The position numbers were made by a program, and so were the translations under genes. Below are positions 38,717-52,559 of a stretch of DNA of 64,000 nt, piece by piece (the stretch's first letter is position 1; each line of letters opens with the position of its first letter). The notes below the pieces were generated by a model. It searched no databases. It was not told the origin of the DNA and saw only the letters and a program-made list of their open reading frames with translations. The stretch comes from Squalus acanthias (lineage: Eukaryota), in contig CM059438.1 in assembly GCA_030390025.1 (NCBI GenBank), positions 63,862,001 to 63,926,000 of the forward strand, in the 5' to 3' direction.

Positions 38717-39195
38717 GTGTGTCAGCTGTGGCTCAGTGGTTAGCATACTTGCCTCTGAGTTAGAAGGTTGTGGGTTCAAGTCCCACCCCAGGGACTTGAG
38801 CACATGAAGCTAGGCTGACACTTCAGTGCAGTGCTGAGGGAGTTCTGCACTGTTGGAGGTGTCATCTTTCAGATGAGACGTTAAACTGAGGCTCTGTCTG
38901 CCCTCTCAGGTGGATATAAAAGATCCCATGGCACTATTTCGAAAAAGAGCAGGGGAGTTATCCCCGGTGTCCTGGCCAATATTTATCCCTCAATTAACAT
39001 CACTAAAACAGATTATCTGGTCATTATCACATTGCTGTTTGTGGGAGCTTGCTGTGCGCAAATTGGCTGCCACGTTTCCTACATTAGAACAGTGACTACG
39101 CTCCAAAAAAGTACTTCAATGGCTGTAAAGCACTTTGAGACGTCCGGTGGTCGTGAAAGTCACTATATAAATGCAAGTCTTACTTTCTTTTTTTT
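38717..39195 (+). mobile_element. Full-length Deu-domain tRNA SINE inserted in family Z
   Basis: A box tggctcagtgg, B box ggttcaagtcc; CAAG on both sides. Confidence 0.93.
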
Positions 39196-39907
39196 CAAGT
39201 CACACACCATCCTGACTTGGAAGTATATCACCGTTCCTTCATCGTTGCTGGGTCAAAATCCTGGAACTCCCGACCGAACAGCACTGTGGGAGTACCTTCA
39301 TCACAAGGACTGCAGCGGTTCAAGAAGGCGGCTCACCACCACCTTCTCAAGGGCAATTAGGAATGGGCAATAAATGCTGGCCCTTGCCAGCGACGCCCAC
39401 AACCCAGGACGAATAAAAAAAAATTAACTGAAACAAAGAGACTATTTTCCAATTATTCAGGTCTTTTGGGAAGAAAACATACAGTTCAATAATTCACTGC
39501 TCAAAGGCCCCAGCTGATTTATTTCCATGTGAGATCGATTGGATAAATACTTGAAGGGAAAAATAATTGAAAGAGCATGAGTGTGGGACCAATTGGTTAG
39601 CTCGTTCAAAGAGCTAGCACAGGCACAAAGGGCCGAATAACCTCCTTCTTTGCTGTATCATTCTATAATTATATGATCTACTTCACTGCTGCAACTGGTT
39701 TCCATGAAGTAAAGGTCATCATTCCGTTATTGACCCAATTAAATTCACACCCATCGTGTGACAAGTTGCACTTCGTGATAGATTGGCAGTAAGAGCTTGT
39801 CATTGTTTAAGGACATTGTCAACTGCAACTGGGGGGAATAATATTATGTTTGAAACAATTCACAACTGGCATTTAGATGTTTTAATCTCTTAATGACTGG
39901 CAAGCGA

Positions 39908-40980
39908 TAGCTGTGGTAGCAGTCTCGCCTCTGAGCTGAGTCAGAAGGTTGTGGGTTCAAGTCCCACTCCACAGACTTGAGGACATAATCCAAGCTGACA
40001 CTCCAGTGCAGTACTGAGGGAGTGCTGCACTGTCGGAGGTGCCGTCTTTTGGATGAGACATTAAACCGAGGCCCCGTCTGTCCTCTCGGGTGGACGTAAA
40101 CGATCCCATGGCACTATTTCGAAGAAGAGCAGGGGAGTTCTCCCCGGTGTCCTGGCCAATATTTATCTGTCAACTGACATCACTAAAACACATTGGGACG
40201 GATTTTCTGACCCCCACGGGTGTGTACGAGATGTGTACGACACCCGTAAGGACCTCGCAAGTGCCGGGTTTAGCCATACGAAGCACATGCGCTGAAAACC
40301 AGCATTTGCGATCTGTGAAGAATTCTCTTGACAGATCCTCTGCCTGCCCGGGAGAAGGGCCTCTGCGGGCAGGGAGTTCCGCTCTCTGCAGAACCTCCGC
40401 CCGCTGAACATCTTGAAATATCTTACGCCTGGTAAAAGGCGTAAGGCCTGCTTTTACCAGTATAAGAGTTTAAAAAAATAAAAAAATAAAAAATGTTCAC
40501 TCATTTATAATTTAAAACTACTTTTAAAAAGGTAAGTTTATATTTAGCCCCGTAAAAAACTTTAATTATTTTTTTCAAAAAATTAAATTTTTGTTTAAAT
40601 TATTTAATTTAATGTAATTTTAACTAATATTAAATATGTGATTTAAAAAATATATATATTTACTGTTTAACTGTTTTTTAAGTGATCCCCATTCATACTT
40701 TTGACAGATCTGTGCATAGAGACCTGTCAAAAATGTGAAGGGAGATTCCCTTCTTTGATTGGTTCCCCATGGCCCACGTGATCCCAGGGACGCTTGCGAA
40801 TCACCTGCACCCCTGGGATACCTGGGCCGCTGCGCGCGCGGACCAGGAGAGGCCCAGGATCAGAATCCTCGGGACCTACGGAGCCAGCAGGTAAGTTCGT
40901 AGACTTTTTCCCGATCGAAGGCATCCGCCCGCAGGAAGCTTCCGATTGGAAATTCAGGGCCATTATCTGGTCATTATCGC
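39908..40980 (+). mobile_element. Deu-domain SINE split by a MITE
   Basis: cactaaaaca.att|MITE|attatctggtcatt rejoins the SINE sequence. Confidence 0.88.
40195..40961 (+). mobile_element. Harbinger/PIF MITE, family M1
   Basis: 3-bp TSD ATT (40192-40194 / 40962-40964) defined by the interrupted SINE; homologous to 7946-8641. Confidence 0.9.
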
Positions 40981-43007
40981 TTAACTTTACAGCACTAATC
41001 AGTCTCTTAAAGGAAAATGAGAATGATCTCCAACTTGTTACACATTCGTATTGATAAGATTAGTAAAATCAGTGTGACTTTATTAGCGTAACAGCACTTA
41101 AGATGTGTCAGATACATTGGGAGTCAGTGCAGGAAGAGTCTGAATGAACTCTGTACTTTAACCTTTCGGACCTGGGTTGAATTGTCAGCAGCACTAGGAG
41201 GTATGATGTCACTTCCTGCAAGCCCACCAGCCCCAACCCCAGAAGGAAAGGAACCCCTAGGTGACCTGCGAAAGGAAAGATGGCCACTTTCACAGCCCTA
41301 AGCTCCTATAGGAACCAAGGTTTACCCTAACCACTGTGCCCAATGAGACCCCTCACTCTTATTCCTGTGTGATTTGAGTCTCCTGACAAATAAGAATCTT
41401 GGCTGTGACAAATAGTATCCCTGCCCAAATATGAAGAACTGTTTAGCTATATAGAACCTGTTATATTTTTGCCAGATATTTCTCTCATGTTAAGCATTAA
41501 GGACCACTTTCATAAGCAAGCGCTTGCTCCCTAGGAGCTGAATGTGGGTTTATTATATATAATGTCTGGTGTTATATCGGGACCAAATAGAAACTCTTGT
41601 TGCTTTGATTAGCTCACTGGTAGTGACCCAGTCTTCAGATAGTGGAACAATAAACTGTCCATCAGAACATGAGATTTAGGATTTAAATTACAGATCGGTA
41701 AAAGTAAAAGTAAAAATGGCAGAAAGTCCATATGGCAAATGCTACAGAATTTTTAACTTGTATCACACTGGCTATAAAAATAACAAAGATATGACACGGA
41801 ACTCGCTTTCTCAGTAATACAGAACCTGGAGCAGTGTCTGTAGTATAAAATTTACGCGTGAGGCTTCATCAAATGATCACAAGATCTCCATGACTCCACC
41901 TCTACATGGGCCGTAACCTCATCTCAGGGTCCAGCTGACAACTGAAAATACGTTAGGCTACCAAAATATACAATCTGTGCCTGGGCACAGAGCTGTCAAT
42001 CAACCCTTTCGCCTGAAGAGGATCAAAAGGCATCGTTGACGATTTTGTAAAGCTGTCAATCACCTGTCCATGCATTGTCAGCTGACTCAAAAAAGACACC
42101 AGCCACAAATCCACTTGGTAATTGTGTGAAATGGTTATTGAATTGAGTGATATCTATTTTTAATGAGTTTGCGATTGAAATGTATTAACATATGAATAAT
42201 GCAATGCTTTTGTGAATGATTATCCAAACATTGGGAGCTATGCACCTGGAATATGGAATCCATCCCCAACCTGGAGACTCTGGCCTAATAGTAAAACAAA
42301 TTTAAAGTAACCAGTCACGTCATATGGAGATATTAAAAATACAGATACTTGCTTATGATTTGGACTGTGATGGGTCTCCCAATTTGTCCAGGGCTCTCAT
42401 TTTATGTATCCCCAAATACTGTCTAATCTACAAAGCAGTATATAATCTATTATTCTGTATCCAACTGTGAATTAAGGAAGTGGGCAAGTTCCTGCACAAG
42501 TAAGTACAGAAGTAAAAATCAATAATAAGAATGACATTTTTGCTAAAAAAAACCCTTTGAACAGACAGATGGAAGAAATGTTGGGGGGCCTTTTTAACCT
42601 GGGTTTAGGTGCGGGTGTTGGGGGGGGGTTAAATCTGGCAAAAATGCGAGCGCGTCGGGAAACCGTCTCCAACCCGCCGACTTCCGCATGTAACTCGGGC
42701 AAGTTAGGCTGGTTGCACACTACCCCCTCAGGAGAGGCGGGTTGCCTATTAATTGGAGCGATATTTCAACACAGTTTTAAGTTTAACAGCGCACCACGGT
42801 TTTCCCGGGCATCCTGAAACTCGCCAGTGAAAACAAGGCGAGAACACAACAGCAACTGAGGGAGCCAATTAGAACTCATGGAGATACTGCAATAAATATT
42901 CAATACTCACAGCTGCTTTCCTACCTGCTAGTGGGAAAGGGTTTGTTCACTTCATTTTTGCTGAGCGTTTACTTTCTACACAGTGGAGGTTTTCTGAATC
43001 ACATCAA

Positions 43008-44173
43008 GATAGGCGGCGTCTTGGCTGCCTGAACTTGGACCTCGGACGGACGAGGAGCAATATGACCAGCCTGCTGTTCAGACACCTGCAGCTGGACGGC
43101 AGAGAGAGGAACAGCAGAGGGGTGCAGCTCGCAGGAGGCCATACCCGCGACACAAGGTGTACGGGCGGAGGCTGAGTTTCCTTGACATGTCTCAGCAGCA
43201 GTGTCTCAGGAGGCTCAGGTTGTCACGTCAGGTGGTGGCAGACATCTGCAGCCTCCTAGAAAAAGACCGGCTCCCTGCTGGACTTGGTAGCCATGCTTTT
43301 CCGGTGGCTGTGAGAGTGAAGACCGCCCTCAACATATTTGCCTCCGGATCCTTCCAGAGTTCTGCCAGAGACATATCCAGGATCTCCGAATTGGCGGCCC
43401 ACAAATGCATAAGACAGGTGACTGATGGGTTATTTGCCAGGGCCACAATTATGTGCACTTCGGCTGCGATGATGCCAGTCAGAATGAGTGGGTGCTCGGT
43501 TTTGTGTCTTTGGCTGGCTTCCCATAGGTGCAGGGGGTTATCAACTGCTCACACGTGGCAATCCGGGCACCCCCAAAACAACCAGGAGTATTTGTTAACT
43601 GCAAGGGCTTCCACTCCATCAATGTGCAGCTGGTGTGCAACCACAAATATATTTCTGCAGGTGTACAGAAGATTCCCGGGAGCTGCCATGATGCTTTCAT
43701 CCTACGGCAGTCCAAGCCCCCAACCTCTTTGGTCCTGCAAGCAGACTGAAGGGGTGGCTGCTAAGAGACAAGGGATACCCATTTCAAACTGGGCTGATGA
43801 AACCCGTTAGAAACCCGAACAATGAAGCCCAACAGCGCTACAATGAATGCCATAGGACCACCAGATGTGTGAGCGAACAAGCCACCAGCATGCTGAAGAT
43901 GCGCTTCAGGTGCCTGGACAGATCTGGAGGCGCCTTGAGTAAGCACCAGCCAGGGTCTCCAGAATGGTCGTAGTGTACTGCGCTCTCCACAACATTGCTC
44001 AGCAGTGAGGTTTGCACCTGCAGGAGGAACAAGGCGCAAAGCTCAGATTGTCTTCTGACGATTCCAAGGAGGAGGAAGACAGGAAGGAAAGTGATGAGAA
44101 CAAAGCAGCAGTAGCTGCTCACCTTGCTGCCCGGTATGCCAGGGATGCCCTTATTAATGCGAGATTCACCTAG
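43008..44173 (+). pseudogene. Harbinger (HARBI1-like, DDE_Tnp_4) transposase with frameshifts and stops
   Basis: [75 protein letters not shown]. Confidence 0.95.
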
Positions 44174-44359
44174 GTTGCACCAGTGGGCTGATGTCAGAAG
44201 CACAAGCAACGCCACTCTTCCCACCACGCCCCCAATGATGACGCAAAGCAGTCCTGCAAACAACCAACCATTCATATCTTCCCAGTAATCATCAAGCAAG
44301 TTAAAAGGCAACTTGCCACCCAGCAATCAAGAATAAACAAGACGGGAAAGTGGTGCAAA

Positions 44360-47300
44360 TAACAACAACAACTTGTATTTATATAGCGTCTTTAACATAG
44401 TAAAACATCCCAAGGCGCTTCACAGGAGTATTATAAGACAAAAAAATTTGACACCGAACCACATAAGGAGATATTAGGACAGATGACAAAAAGCTTGGAC
44501 AAAGAGGTAGGTTTTAAGGAGCGTCTTGAAGGAGGAAAGAGAGGTAGCGAGGCGGAGAGGTTTAGGCAGGGAATTCCAGAGCTTAGGACCTAGGCAACAG
44601 AAGGCACGGCCACCAATGGTTGAGCGATTATAATCAGGGATGCTCAAGAGGGCAGAATTAGAGGAGCGCAGATATCTCAGGGGATTGTGGGGCTGAAGGA
44701 GATTACAGGGGTAGGGAGGGGTGAGGCCATGGAGGGAATTGAAAACAAAGATGAGAATTTTGAAATTGAGACGTTGCTTAACCGGGACCCAATGTAGGTC
44801 AGCGAGCACAGGGGTGATGGGTGAACGGGACTTGGTGCGAGTTAGGACTCGGGAAGCCGAGTTTTGGATTACCTCACGTTTACGTAGGGTAGAATGTGGG
44901 AGGCCAGCCAGGAGTGCTTTGGAATAGTCAAGTCTAGGGGTAACAAAGGCATGGATGAGGATTTCAGCAGCGGATGAGCTGAGGCAAGGGCGGAGACATG
45001 CGATATTACGGAGGTGGAAATAGGAGGTCTTTGTTATGCTGCGGATATGTGGTCGGAAGCTCATTTCAGGGTCAAATATGACACCAAGGTTGCGGACAGT
45101 GTGGTTCAGCCTCAGACAGATGCTAGGGTAACGGATGGAGTCAATGGCTAGGGAACGGAGTTTGTGGTGGGGACCGAAAACAATGGCTTCGGTCTTCCCA
45201 ATATTTAATTGGAGAAAATTTCTGCTCATCCAGAACTGGATGTCGGACAAGGATTCTGTCAATTTGGAGACCGTGGAGGGGTCGAGAGAAGTGGTAGTGA
45301 GGTAGAGCTGGGTGTCGTCAGCGTACATGTGGAAACTGGTGCTGTGTTTTCAGATGATGTCACCAAGGGGCAACATGTAGATGAGAAATAGGAGGGGCCA
45401 ATGATAGATCCTTGGGGGACACCAGAGGTAACGATGCAGGAGATTCCCTGGCTAAGATTAGATAGATAAGAATGGAACCAGGCGAGTGCAGTCCCACCCA
45501 GCTGGACGACGGTGGAGAGGCATTGGAGAAGGATGGAGTGGTCAACCGTGTCAAAGGCTGCAGACAAGTCAAGAAGGATGAGGAGGGATAGTTTACCTTT
45601 GTCACAGTCATTTGTGACTTTGATGAGAGCCATTTCGGTACTGTGGCAGGGGCGGAAACCTGATTGGAGGGATTCAAATATGGAATTTTGGGAAAGATGG
45701 GCACAGATTTGGGAGGCGACAACACGTGCAAGGATTTTGTAAAGGAAAGGGAGATTGGAAATGGGGCGGTAGTTTGCAAGGACAGAGGGGTCAAGGAATT
45801 TTTTTTGAGGAGAGGGGAGATGACGACAGATTTGAGGGAGAGGGGGAGAGTACCTGAGGAGAGAGAACCGTTAACAACGCCAGCTAACATAGGAGCCAGA
45901 AAAGGAAGTTGGGTGGTCAGCAGTTTGGTGGGAATAGGGTCGAGGGAGCAGGAAGTGTGTCTCGTGGACAAGATCAGCGCGGTGAGGTCATGAGGGGAGA
46001 TCGAAGAGAAACTGGAGAAAGATGTGAGTTCAGGACTCAGGCAGGGGGAACCCTTGGAGGAAGTTTGGCCTGGTGGGCTAGGGGAAGGAAGGGAAGTGGC
46101 AGAGGCAGCTGAATGGATGATCTCAATCTTAGAGACAAAGAAGTCCATGAGCTCCTTACACTTGTGGAGCTGAGGCTGGAGGAGACAGGGGAGAGGGGTT
46201 TAAGAAGACAGTTAGCAGTGGAGAATAGAAGCCAGGGTTTATCTTTACATTCCAGATTGATTCTGGAATAGTGAGCAATTTTGGCAGACAACAGTAGGAC
46301 CCAATAATGCTTTATGTAGTCCAGCCAGATTTGGTGGTGAATGGCTAAACCAGTTGTCCACCATATCCGTTCAAGTTTGCATCCCTTGGACTTAAGGGAG
46401 CGAAGATGATGGTCATATCAGGGGGAACGGCCAGGGTGAGAGAGGGTAATTGTTTTAATAGGGACTAGGGCACCAAAGGTGGTGGTGAGGGTGTGGTTGA
46501 GTAGATTGGTAGCTGCAGAAATGTCATGGTGAATGGAGGATCAGAGGCTGGACAGTTTGGGTTTCATAACTGCAGTTGTAAGAGAGTTTGGAGAGAGTTT
46601 TTTTCCAGGGACGGACACAGAAGGAAGTAGGGTTGGGGGGCGGTGGAAGGGAGATGTGGGTGGAGAGCGCTACGAGGAATTGACACGATGGGAGTAGCGA
46701 GGCCATGAGAGATGGCTAGATCGAGGAGGTGGCCATGAATATGGGTTGGGGAGTTTACAAGGAGGGAGAGATTAAGGGAGGAAGGAGGCTAGTGAACTCA
46801 GAGGAGAGAGAGCATGATGAATTGAGATGGAGGTTGAAATCATCGAGGATGAGAAGTCGTTCGGTGCAGAGGCTGAGGGAGGATAGCAGTGAAGATATCT
46901 CAGTAATAAAATTTTTATGGTACTTGGGTGGACGGTAGAGAACGAGAATTTTAAATGAGAGGTGAGAAGGGTACATTAAGGTGAGATGCTCAAAGGAGGA
47001 GAAAGTGCCAGAGGAAGTAGGGGGACAGACCAAGGTGTGATTTGGTGATGAGAGCTACACTGTCACCACGGCGGTCTGAGCAGGGCAAGTGGTGGAAGGT
47101 ATAGCCAGGCGGGGAGGCTTCATTTAAGGGGAAGGGGTCATCACCCCTCAACCAAGTTTCCATCAGGGCCATGATGTCAATGCAATCATCCACAATAAGC
47201 TCATGGATGGCAAGGGCCTTGTTCGCAAGTGAACGGACATTCTGGAGGGAGATGCGGAGAGGGTCGGTGATGGCTGACCCACTGCCAGCGTCCACAGGGT

Positions 47301-47400
47301 CCGCGCCGGAGGGGATGAGTTTGATGGGGATGAGATTGGCAAGATTTCCCCCAGTGGGCGCGCTGGGCGGGAAGGTCGGCGAGAGAGTAGGATGGGACAG
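44360..47400 (-). mobile_element. L2 LINE, nearly complete ORF2 (EN+RT), degraded, inserted between the Harbinger genes
   Basis: LQNVRSL..METWL, YRPPK, DFNLH, LDLSAAFDTVDH, GVPQGS, YADDTQLY; (CAA)n tail at 44360. Confidence 0.96.
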
Positions 47401-47452
47401 TTGGGGTTGCTGCTCGTAAGGTGGCAGCGACAAGTAACTAATAAAACTAATA

Positions 47453-47518
47453 GGGGGAGAAATTCGGTTACGCCCTGGGGGCGCTAACGAGAGGCGCATA
47501 CCAACCCAATTTTTCCCC
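47453..47518. mobile_element. 66-bp micro-MITE
   Basis: GGGGGAGAAATT...AATTTTTCCCC with ATA on both flanks. Confidence 0.6.
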
Positions 47519-47601
47519 ATAAATGTATATGATATTACTAAGGTATGGAAACTTCACAACATAGCATTTCCTCATACGCCAATGTGCATACCCTTGTGCA
47601 A

Positions 47602-49640
47602 CTACAAAGCTTTACTCTTCCTTTTCCCACTGCTCCTACATGGTGCAACCCCTGTGGATTCAGCACAGGTAGAGGCAGGATGCTCAGATCCTTGCTCCGA
47701 CTGCTGAGATGCTTTTGGCCAATGACCTCTGCGTTTTGGAGCCCCTGAGGGCCCTGCCAAAGGCTGCTCCACCTGCAACTGTGCAGGGGCCATCGGGAGA
47801 TGAGGCAGCACGTCGGGTACTGAATGAGGGAAAGGCAATGGGTGAGAAGTGGAAGTGCTTTGAGTGGAGTCGCCACTTCCATGTCCCTTTTCGTCATCAA
47901 CCCCCTCATGGCCCAGCCACACTTCATTACTGCCACTGTGCTGGAGAGCATCTTGGTGCAGATCAGTGCGGCGCTGTAAGGCCAAGACTAAGGTATCTGC
48001 CATCCTATTTAAGGTGGCAGAGATGTTGGCATCCAGAGTCTGCATGGGTATGGTCAAGACATGTATAGACTCAGTTGATAGCCACGTTTGATGTTCCACA
48101 GAGTTGGCCACTCTATCCATGTAAGAAGGCATCGTCGCAATTCCCTGTGACATCAACCCACTCATGCTTAAGGCGGATTGTTTCATTCTATTTGCAATCG
48201 TGGTCAGTGTGCTTTGAAGGCTTGTCAGTGCATCACATTATCTGCTGTTGCACAATGATTCTTCTTTTCATCGACGGTCCCCGGGTTACAGCATCTGTGT
48301 CCCGCTGAGCAAAGCTCGGAGCGGGATGTGCCCTCCGACGCGGACTCTCCACTGCTGTCCCTGCCACCACCATCTCCTCTTGCTTACTTGTGAAGTGTGA
48401 GACACTGGGTGAAAACCCAACTATCTCTCTAACTGATCCCACTAAAGTACGAGTATCTGAGCCGGTGCATGGTGAGCATGTGTCCTGTGACAGTGCAGCC
48501 TCAGAAGGAATCGGCAGCTCTGAGGATTTATCATCCGGGAGGTCCACTGAGTACTGCTGTACGCATGAAGGCCCTGGCAGAGAGAAAAGACATGAATTAG
48601 TCCTGGCAAGATATGAATTTCGCAGCTTATCATTATGAAGATGATCATATTTCACTCGCTGTTGAAATCAAGTCAACATGACTGAATATTGTATGACATG
48701 TGTGTCGCTGATAGTTAATTGCATCAACAGATAGCTGGGAAGTCGCCATATCCCCATCTCTGACGGCGAGGCAGGCCGAAACTCTGCTGATCTCCAGCGT
48801 TTTCTCCTCTGCAGTTGTTAGCAGTTGTGGAGGCATGTGCTCATCCAATGGATGCAATGCATTTGGTGAGAGTGACTATCAGGGAGAGGCATCAAATTGT
48901 ATAAGGATGAGGGTGAGTGACAGATCTGGATGTATAGATGGGGATGTGAGGAAGTGCACAGAAAGAGGATGGGTGTGCCTGCAAGATTAGCAGGTGTAAG
49001 GAGTGATGTGCTGGAGTAGGCTTGACAAGGCAGAGCGAGGGTGTGGGGTGGTGTGCACAGCAGGATGTAGGTGAATGTGCAACTGTATTCCCCTTTCCTG
49101 ACCTAGTAAGGTCATTAGAAACATAGAAACATATAAGATAGGAGCAGGAGTAGGCCATTCGGCCCCTCGAGCCTGCTCCGCCATTCAATGAGATCATAGC
49201 TGATCATCCAAACTCAGTACCCTGTACCTGCCTTCTCCCCATATCCCTTGATACCTTTAGCTTTAAGAAATATATCTAACTCATTCTTGAATATATTTAA
49301 TGACTTGGCCTCAACTACCTTCTGTGGTAGAGAATTCCACAGGTTCACCACTCTCTGGGTGAAGAAATTTTTCCTCATTTCTGTCCTAAATGGCTTACCC
49401 CTTATCCTTAGATTATGACCCCTGGTTCTGGAATTAAAGCGCTTCCTGCGCTGAATTCAGGAGCGTGGCACAATGCTCCTGCTGCTCACCTCCTGGGCCA
49501 CCTCCAGCCATGCCTTCTTTGTGGCAGGTTTCTTCCTGAGGAAGAGTACCTCTCTCCGGTTCCTCACAGCCTCCAGCAGTACATCAAGGGAGGCGTCATT
49601 GAAGCAGAGCGCAGCCTTTGACTGTCCTGAATCCTTTGTC
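47602..49640 (-). pseudogene. Harbinger Myb/SANT-like DNA-binding protein, probably 3 exons, disrupted
   Basis: FNDASLDVLLEAVRNRREVLF..KKAWLEVAQEV..RKRFN|DLTRSGK trihelix pattern split by CR1; PQLLTTAEEKTLEI segment; acceptor ttctctctgccag near 48574; C-terminal ORF ending at 47602. Confidence 0.85.
49116..49432 (-). mobile_element. CR1 3' end inserted in the Myb domain
   Basis: (TAGAAACA)n tail plus RTRGHNLRIRG coding end. Confidence 0.92.
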
Positions 49641-50367
49641 GCACCTTGTCTTCTCTTGCTTCCAACTCCAAACTCCTCCAAATTCCATCCTTGGATTGGC
49701 CCTTTAAATAGTGGAGTTGAGATCGCGTCATGTGGGTCCTCATCACGCCCGCTGCCGCTGATTGGATGGGAAACCTGGACGTAAAATGATAATGAGCTGG
49801 CTGCGTTAAAATGCCACTGAAAGACGCGCTGAACTGACTTCCGGGTTTCCCACACGATATCGGACCCACCCCCACCCCCACACCCGCTCCCATGGCCCCT
49901 CTGAATTAATATCGGGGCCAGTCTTTCCACAAAAGATCTGATAATTGGGATTTTGAAAACATAAAGGTGAGTCCTGGTTTTGAGCCCGACCGAGTTAAGC
50001 ACAAGTTGGTGTATATGATGAATGCCAGGTCCCTTGATCTGAAAGCAGCTGGAGCACGAAGAGACAGTTGTGTGAACATGCCATTTGAGGGCAGTACTTG
50101 CATAGTTAAATGTTCAGAGGAACAGCACTCCCTTTGCAATATGTACTGAAAATGTTAGCTCCTATAATTCAGCTCGTCATCGTCACTCAATAAGCTGGCA
50201 ATAATGATGTCCTGGTCATTAATCCTTCTGTGTCTATCCACACAGAGCGGGGACACAGCGTGCCCTTGCAATTGCCATCTGCAGCTAGCATCACTCTCGA
50301 GGGAAAAAGGGACAAAAAACTAAAACAAAATCGCACCATTTTGTTAAAGTAACAATCTACCCTGGAG

Positions 50368-50925
50368 TAACAACAACTTGCATTTATATAGTGCCTTTAA
50401 CGGAATAAAATGTCCCAAGGCGCTCGACTGATTTCAAGGGGTGTAATCAGACAAAAATTGACACCAAGCTGAAGAAGGAAATATTAGGAGATTTGGTCAA
50501 AGAGGTAGCTTTTAAAGAGGGTCTTAAAGGAGGGGAGAGAGGTAGAGAGGCAGAGAGGTTTTGGGAGAGAATTCCAGAGCTTTGGACCTAGACAGCTGAA
50601 GGCACGGCCACCGATGGTGGGGTGAAGGAAGTGGTGGATGGACAAGAGGTCAGAGTTGGAGGAACGTAGAGATCTCAGAGGGTTATAGAGCTGGGGAAGG
50701 TTACAGAGATAGGGAGGGGCAAGGCCGTGGAGGGATTAGAACATGAGGAAGAGAATTTTATAATGGGGGAGTTCGGGGAATGGGAGCCAATGTAGATCAG
50801 CGAGCACAGGGGTGATGGGCAAAAGGGACTTGGTGTGGGTTAGGATACGGGCAGCAATTCAGCTCAAATTTATGGAGAGTGCAAGGTGGGAGGCCGGCCA
50901 GGAGAGCATTGGAATAGTCGAGTCT
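50368..50925 (-). mobile_element. L2 3' fragment
   Basis: caacaacttgcatttatatag tail; homologous to 44360-44940. Confidence 0.88.
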
Positions 50926-51834
50926 CGACAATAGAGGAGAGTCATTTGAAAGCCGACTGCATGTTCAGCCTACAATGCCACAAGCATAAAATTGACAACC
51001 AAGGATATGGCAGTACATTCGGAGGCAGGGAAGAGGAGTTCATTCCAACAGTGCCAACCTTGGAAATGGCCATAAATCAAAGTTACTGCACCACACAGCA
51101 AAATTACCTCCACACCCTTGAGATGGGACTTTGTTTTTTTTTTGCTCCATAAAGCAACTCTGCAGCATTTGCGTAATCCGGAACAGCTGCTGAAGCAATA
51201 AAAAAAAAAGCAAATGAACAGCTGCCGTCCAAATCGCATCGGAGCCAGACCAAGCACAGCCCACGGCTGCTGAGAGGGAGAACGCTGCGGGCTCAACACC
51301 GAGCGGGCGGGCTGGCTGATTGAGTGAGCAGGCGGACATTGAGTCGAGGCACGGCCCTTCCATCACCTGCACTTCAGCACCAGCTCTTGTACACCCGGTG
51401 CCATGGTGCTGCGTGCCGGTCAGCCATTTTGTAGAGGGTTCATGCTGGACACGGCAGAACATCGACAGACAATGCACAGCAGGTCCAGCAGTAGCTGAAA
51501 GGCAGGCTAATGTTGTTGGTGGAAAGTGTTCGAAGTGGGGGGGGGGGGGGGGAGTTGGTGGGGGGGGCAGGCGAGAAGCCCAATTAAGATTTTAACTCCC
51601 GGGGGCCTCATTTTAATTTCCAAGGTCAGACCGTGGCCCGAACCTGGCGGGAATCGCAACCAGGCCGATGGCGTCGGTGACCTGCGGGAACTGTTCTCAG
51701 CACAAAGGTCAGTATGGGTGGGGGTTTCAGAGAGGATCGCAGTCAGGGGAGGGGGAAAGGAAACCTGGGGCCGGGGACTCGGAGGTCCAAGGTTTTCTTG
51801 TGAGGACAGGAGGAACACTTTCCTGGGAGCCACG

Positions 51835-52375
51835 GTATCATTCTGGTGAATCTGCGCTGCACCCCCTCCAAGGCCAATATCTCCTGCCTGAGGTGCGGTG
51901 CCCAGAACTGAACGCAGTTACGCCAGAAGGGGTCTGACCAGAGCTTTATGTAACTGTGGTATAACTTCCACCCCTTTGTAGTCCTGAACAGGAGTAGGCC
52001 ATTCAGCCCCTCGAGCCCGTTCTGCCATTCTAATAGATCATGGCTGTTCTGTACCTCAACTTGATTTACCTGCCTTTGCTTCATATCCCTTGATACCCTC
52101 ACCCAACTAAAATCTTCCGATCTCAGTCTTGAAAGCTCCAATTGACCCCCAGCATCCACAGCCTTTTGGATGGAGAGAATTCCAGATTTTTACCACACTT
52201 TGTGTGAAAAAGTGCTTCCTGATTTCCCTCCTAAATGGCCTAGCTCCAATTTTAAGATTATCCCCCTGCCCGCCCCCCCCCACCCATTCTTGATTTCCCC
52301 ATCAGAGAAAATCCTTTTAACATTTTATACACTTTGATCAGATCACTCCTAAATCTTCTATACTCAAGGGAATTC
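51835..52375 (-). mobile_element. CR1 fragments
   Basis: CVQFWAPHLRQEILALEGVQRRFTRMIP plus a separate 3' tail. Confidence 0.8.
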
Positions 52376-52559
52376 AAGCCAACTCCCCCACCCCCCTCAC
52401 AACTGGGGTAGTTGTCTTAGCTGAAACATAAAACTGAGTCAGCAAGAACTTCTCCATTCAAAGAGTATTCAATGTTTTGGAATAGAGTACGGGAGCCAAA
52501 ATGTTTTTTGGGCCATTTGAAATGCAGCTGGATTCCAAGAGGAAAAATAGAAATTGCGA

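Larger units (their letters stand above)
33384..39423 (+). mobile_element. Near full-length CR1-group LINE family Z (EN+RT pseudogene, tRNA-like 5' head); pieces 33384-35967, 38437-38716, 39200-39423
   Basis: A box 33392-33402, B box 33434-33445; APE motifs IWGL, YRPP, GDFNVHH; RT motifs YRHISLLS, QFGFR, LDIKAAFDRVWH, FAD; YKAQVRSVMEY; A-rich 3' end. Confidence 0.92.
42583..49919. mobile_element. Decayed autonomous Harbinger DNA transposon
   Basis: Transposase on +, Myb/SANT gene on -; imperfect inverted ends share GCGGGTGT(T)GGGGG and GGGAAACC. Confidence 0.8.

Noticed and set aside
43008..44173. Host HARBI1 gene
   Set aside because: Multiple frameshifts and stops, and it is flanked by a Myb partner and transposon ends
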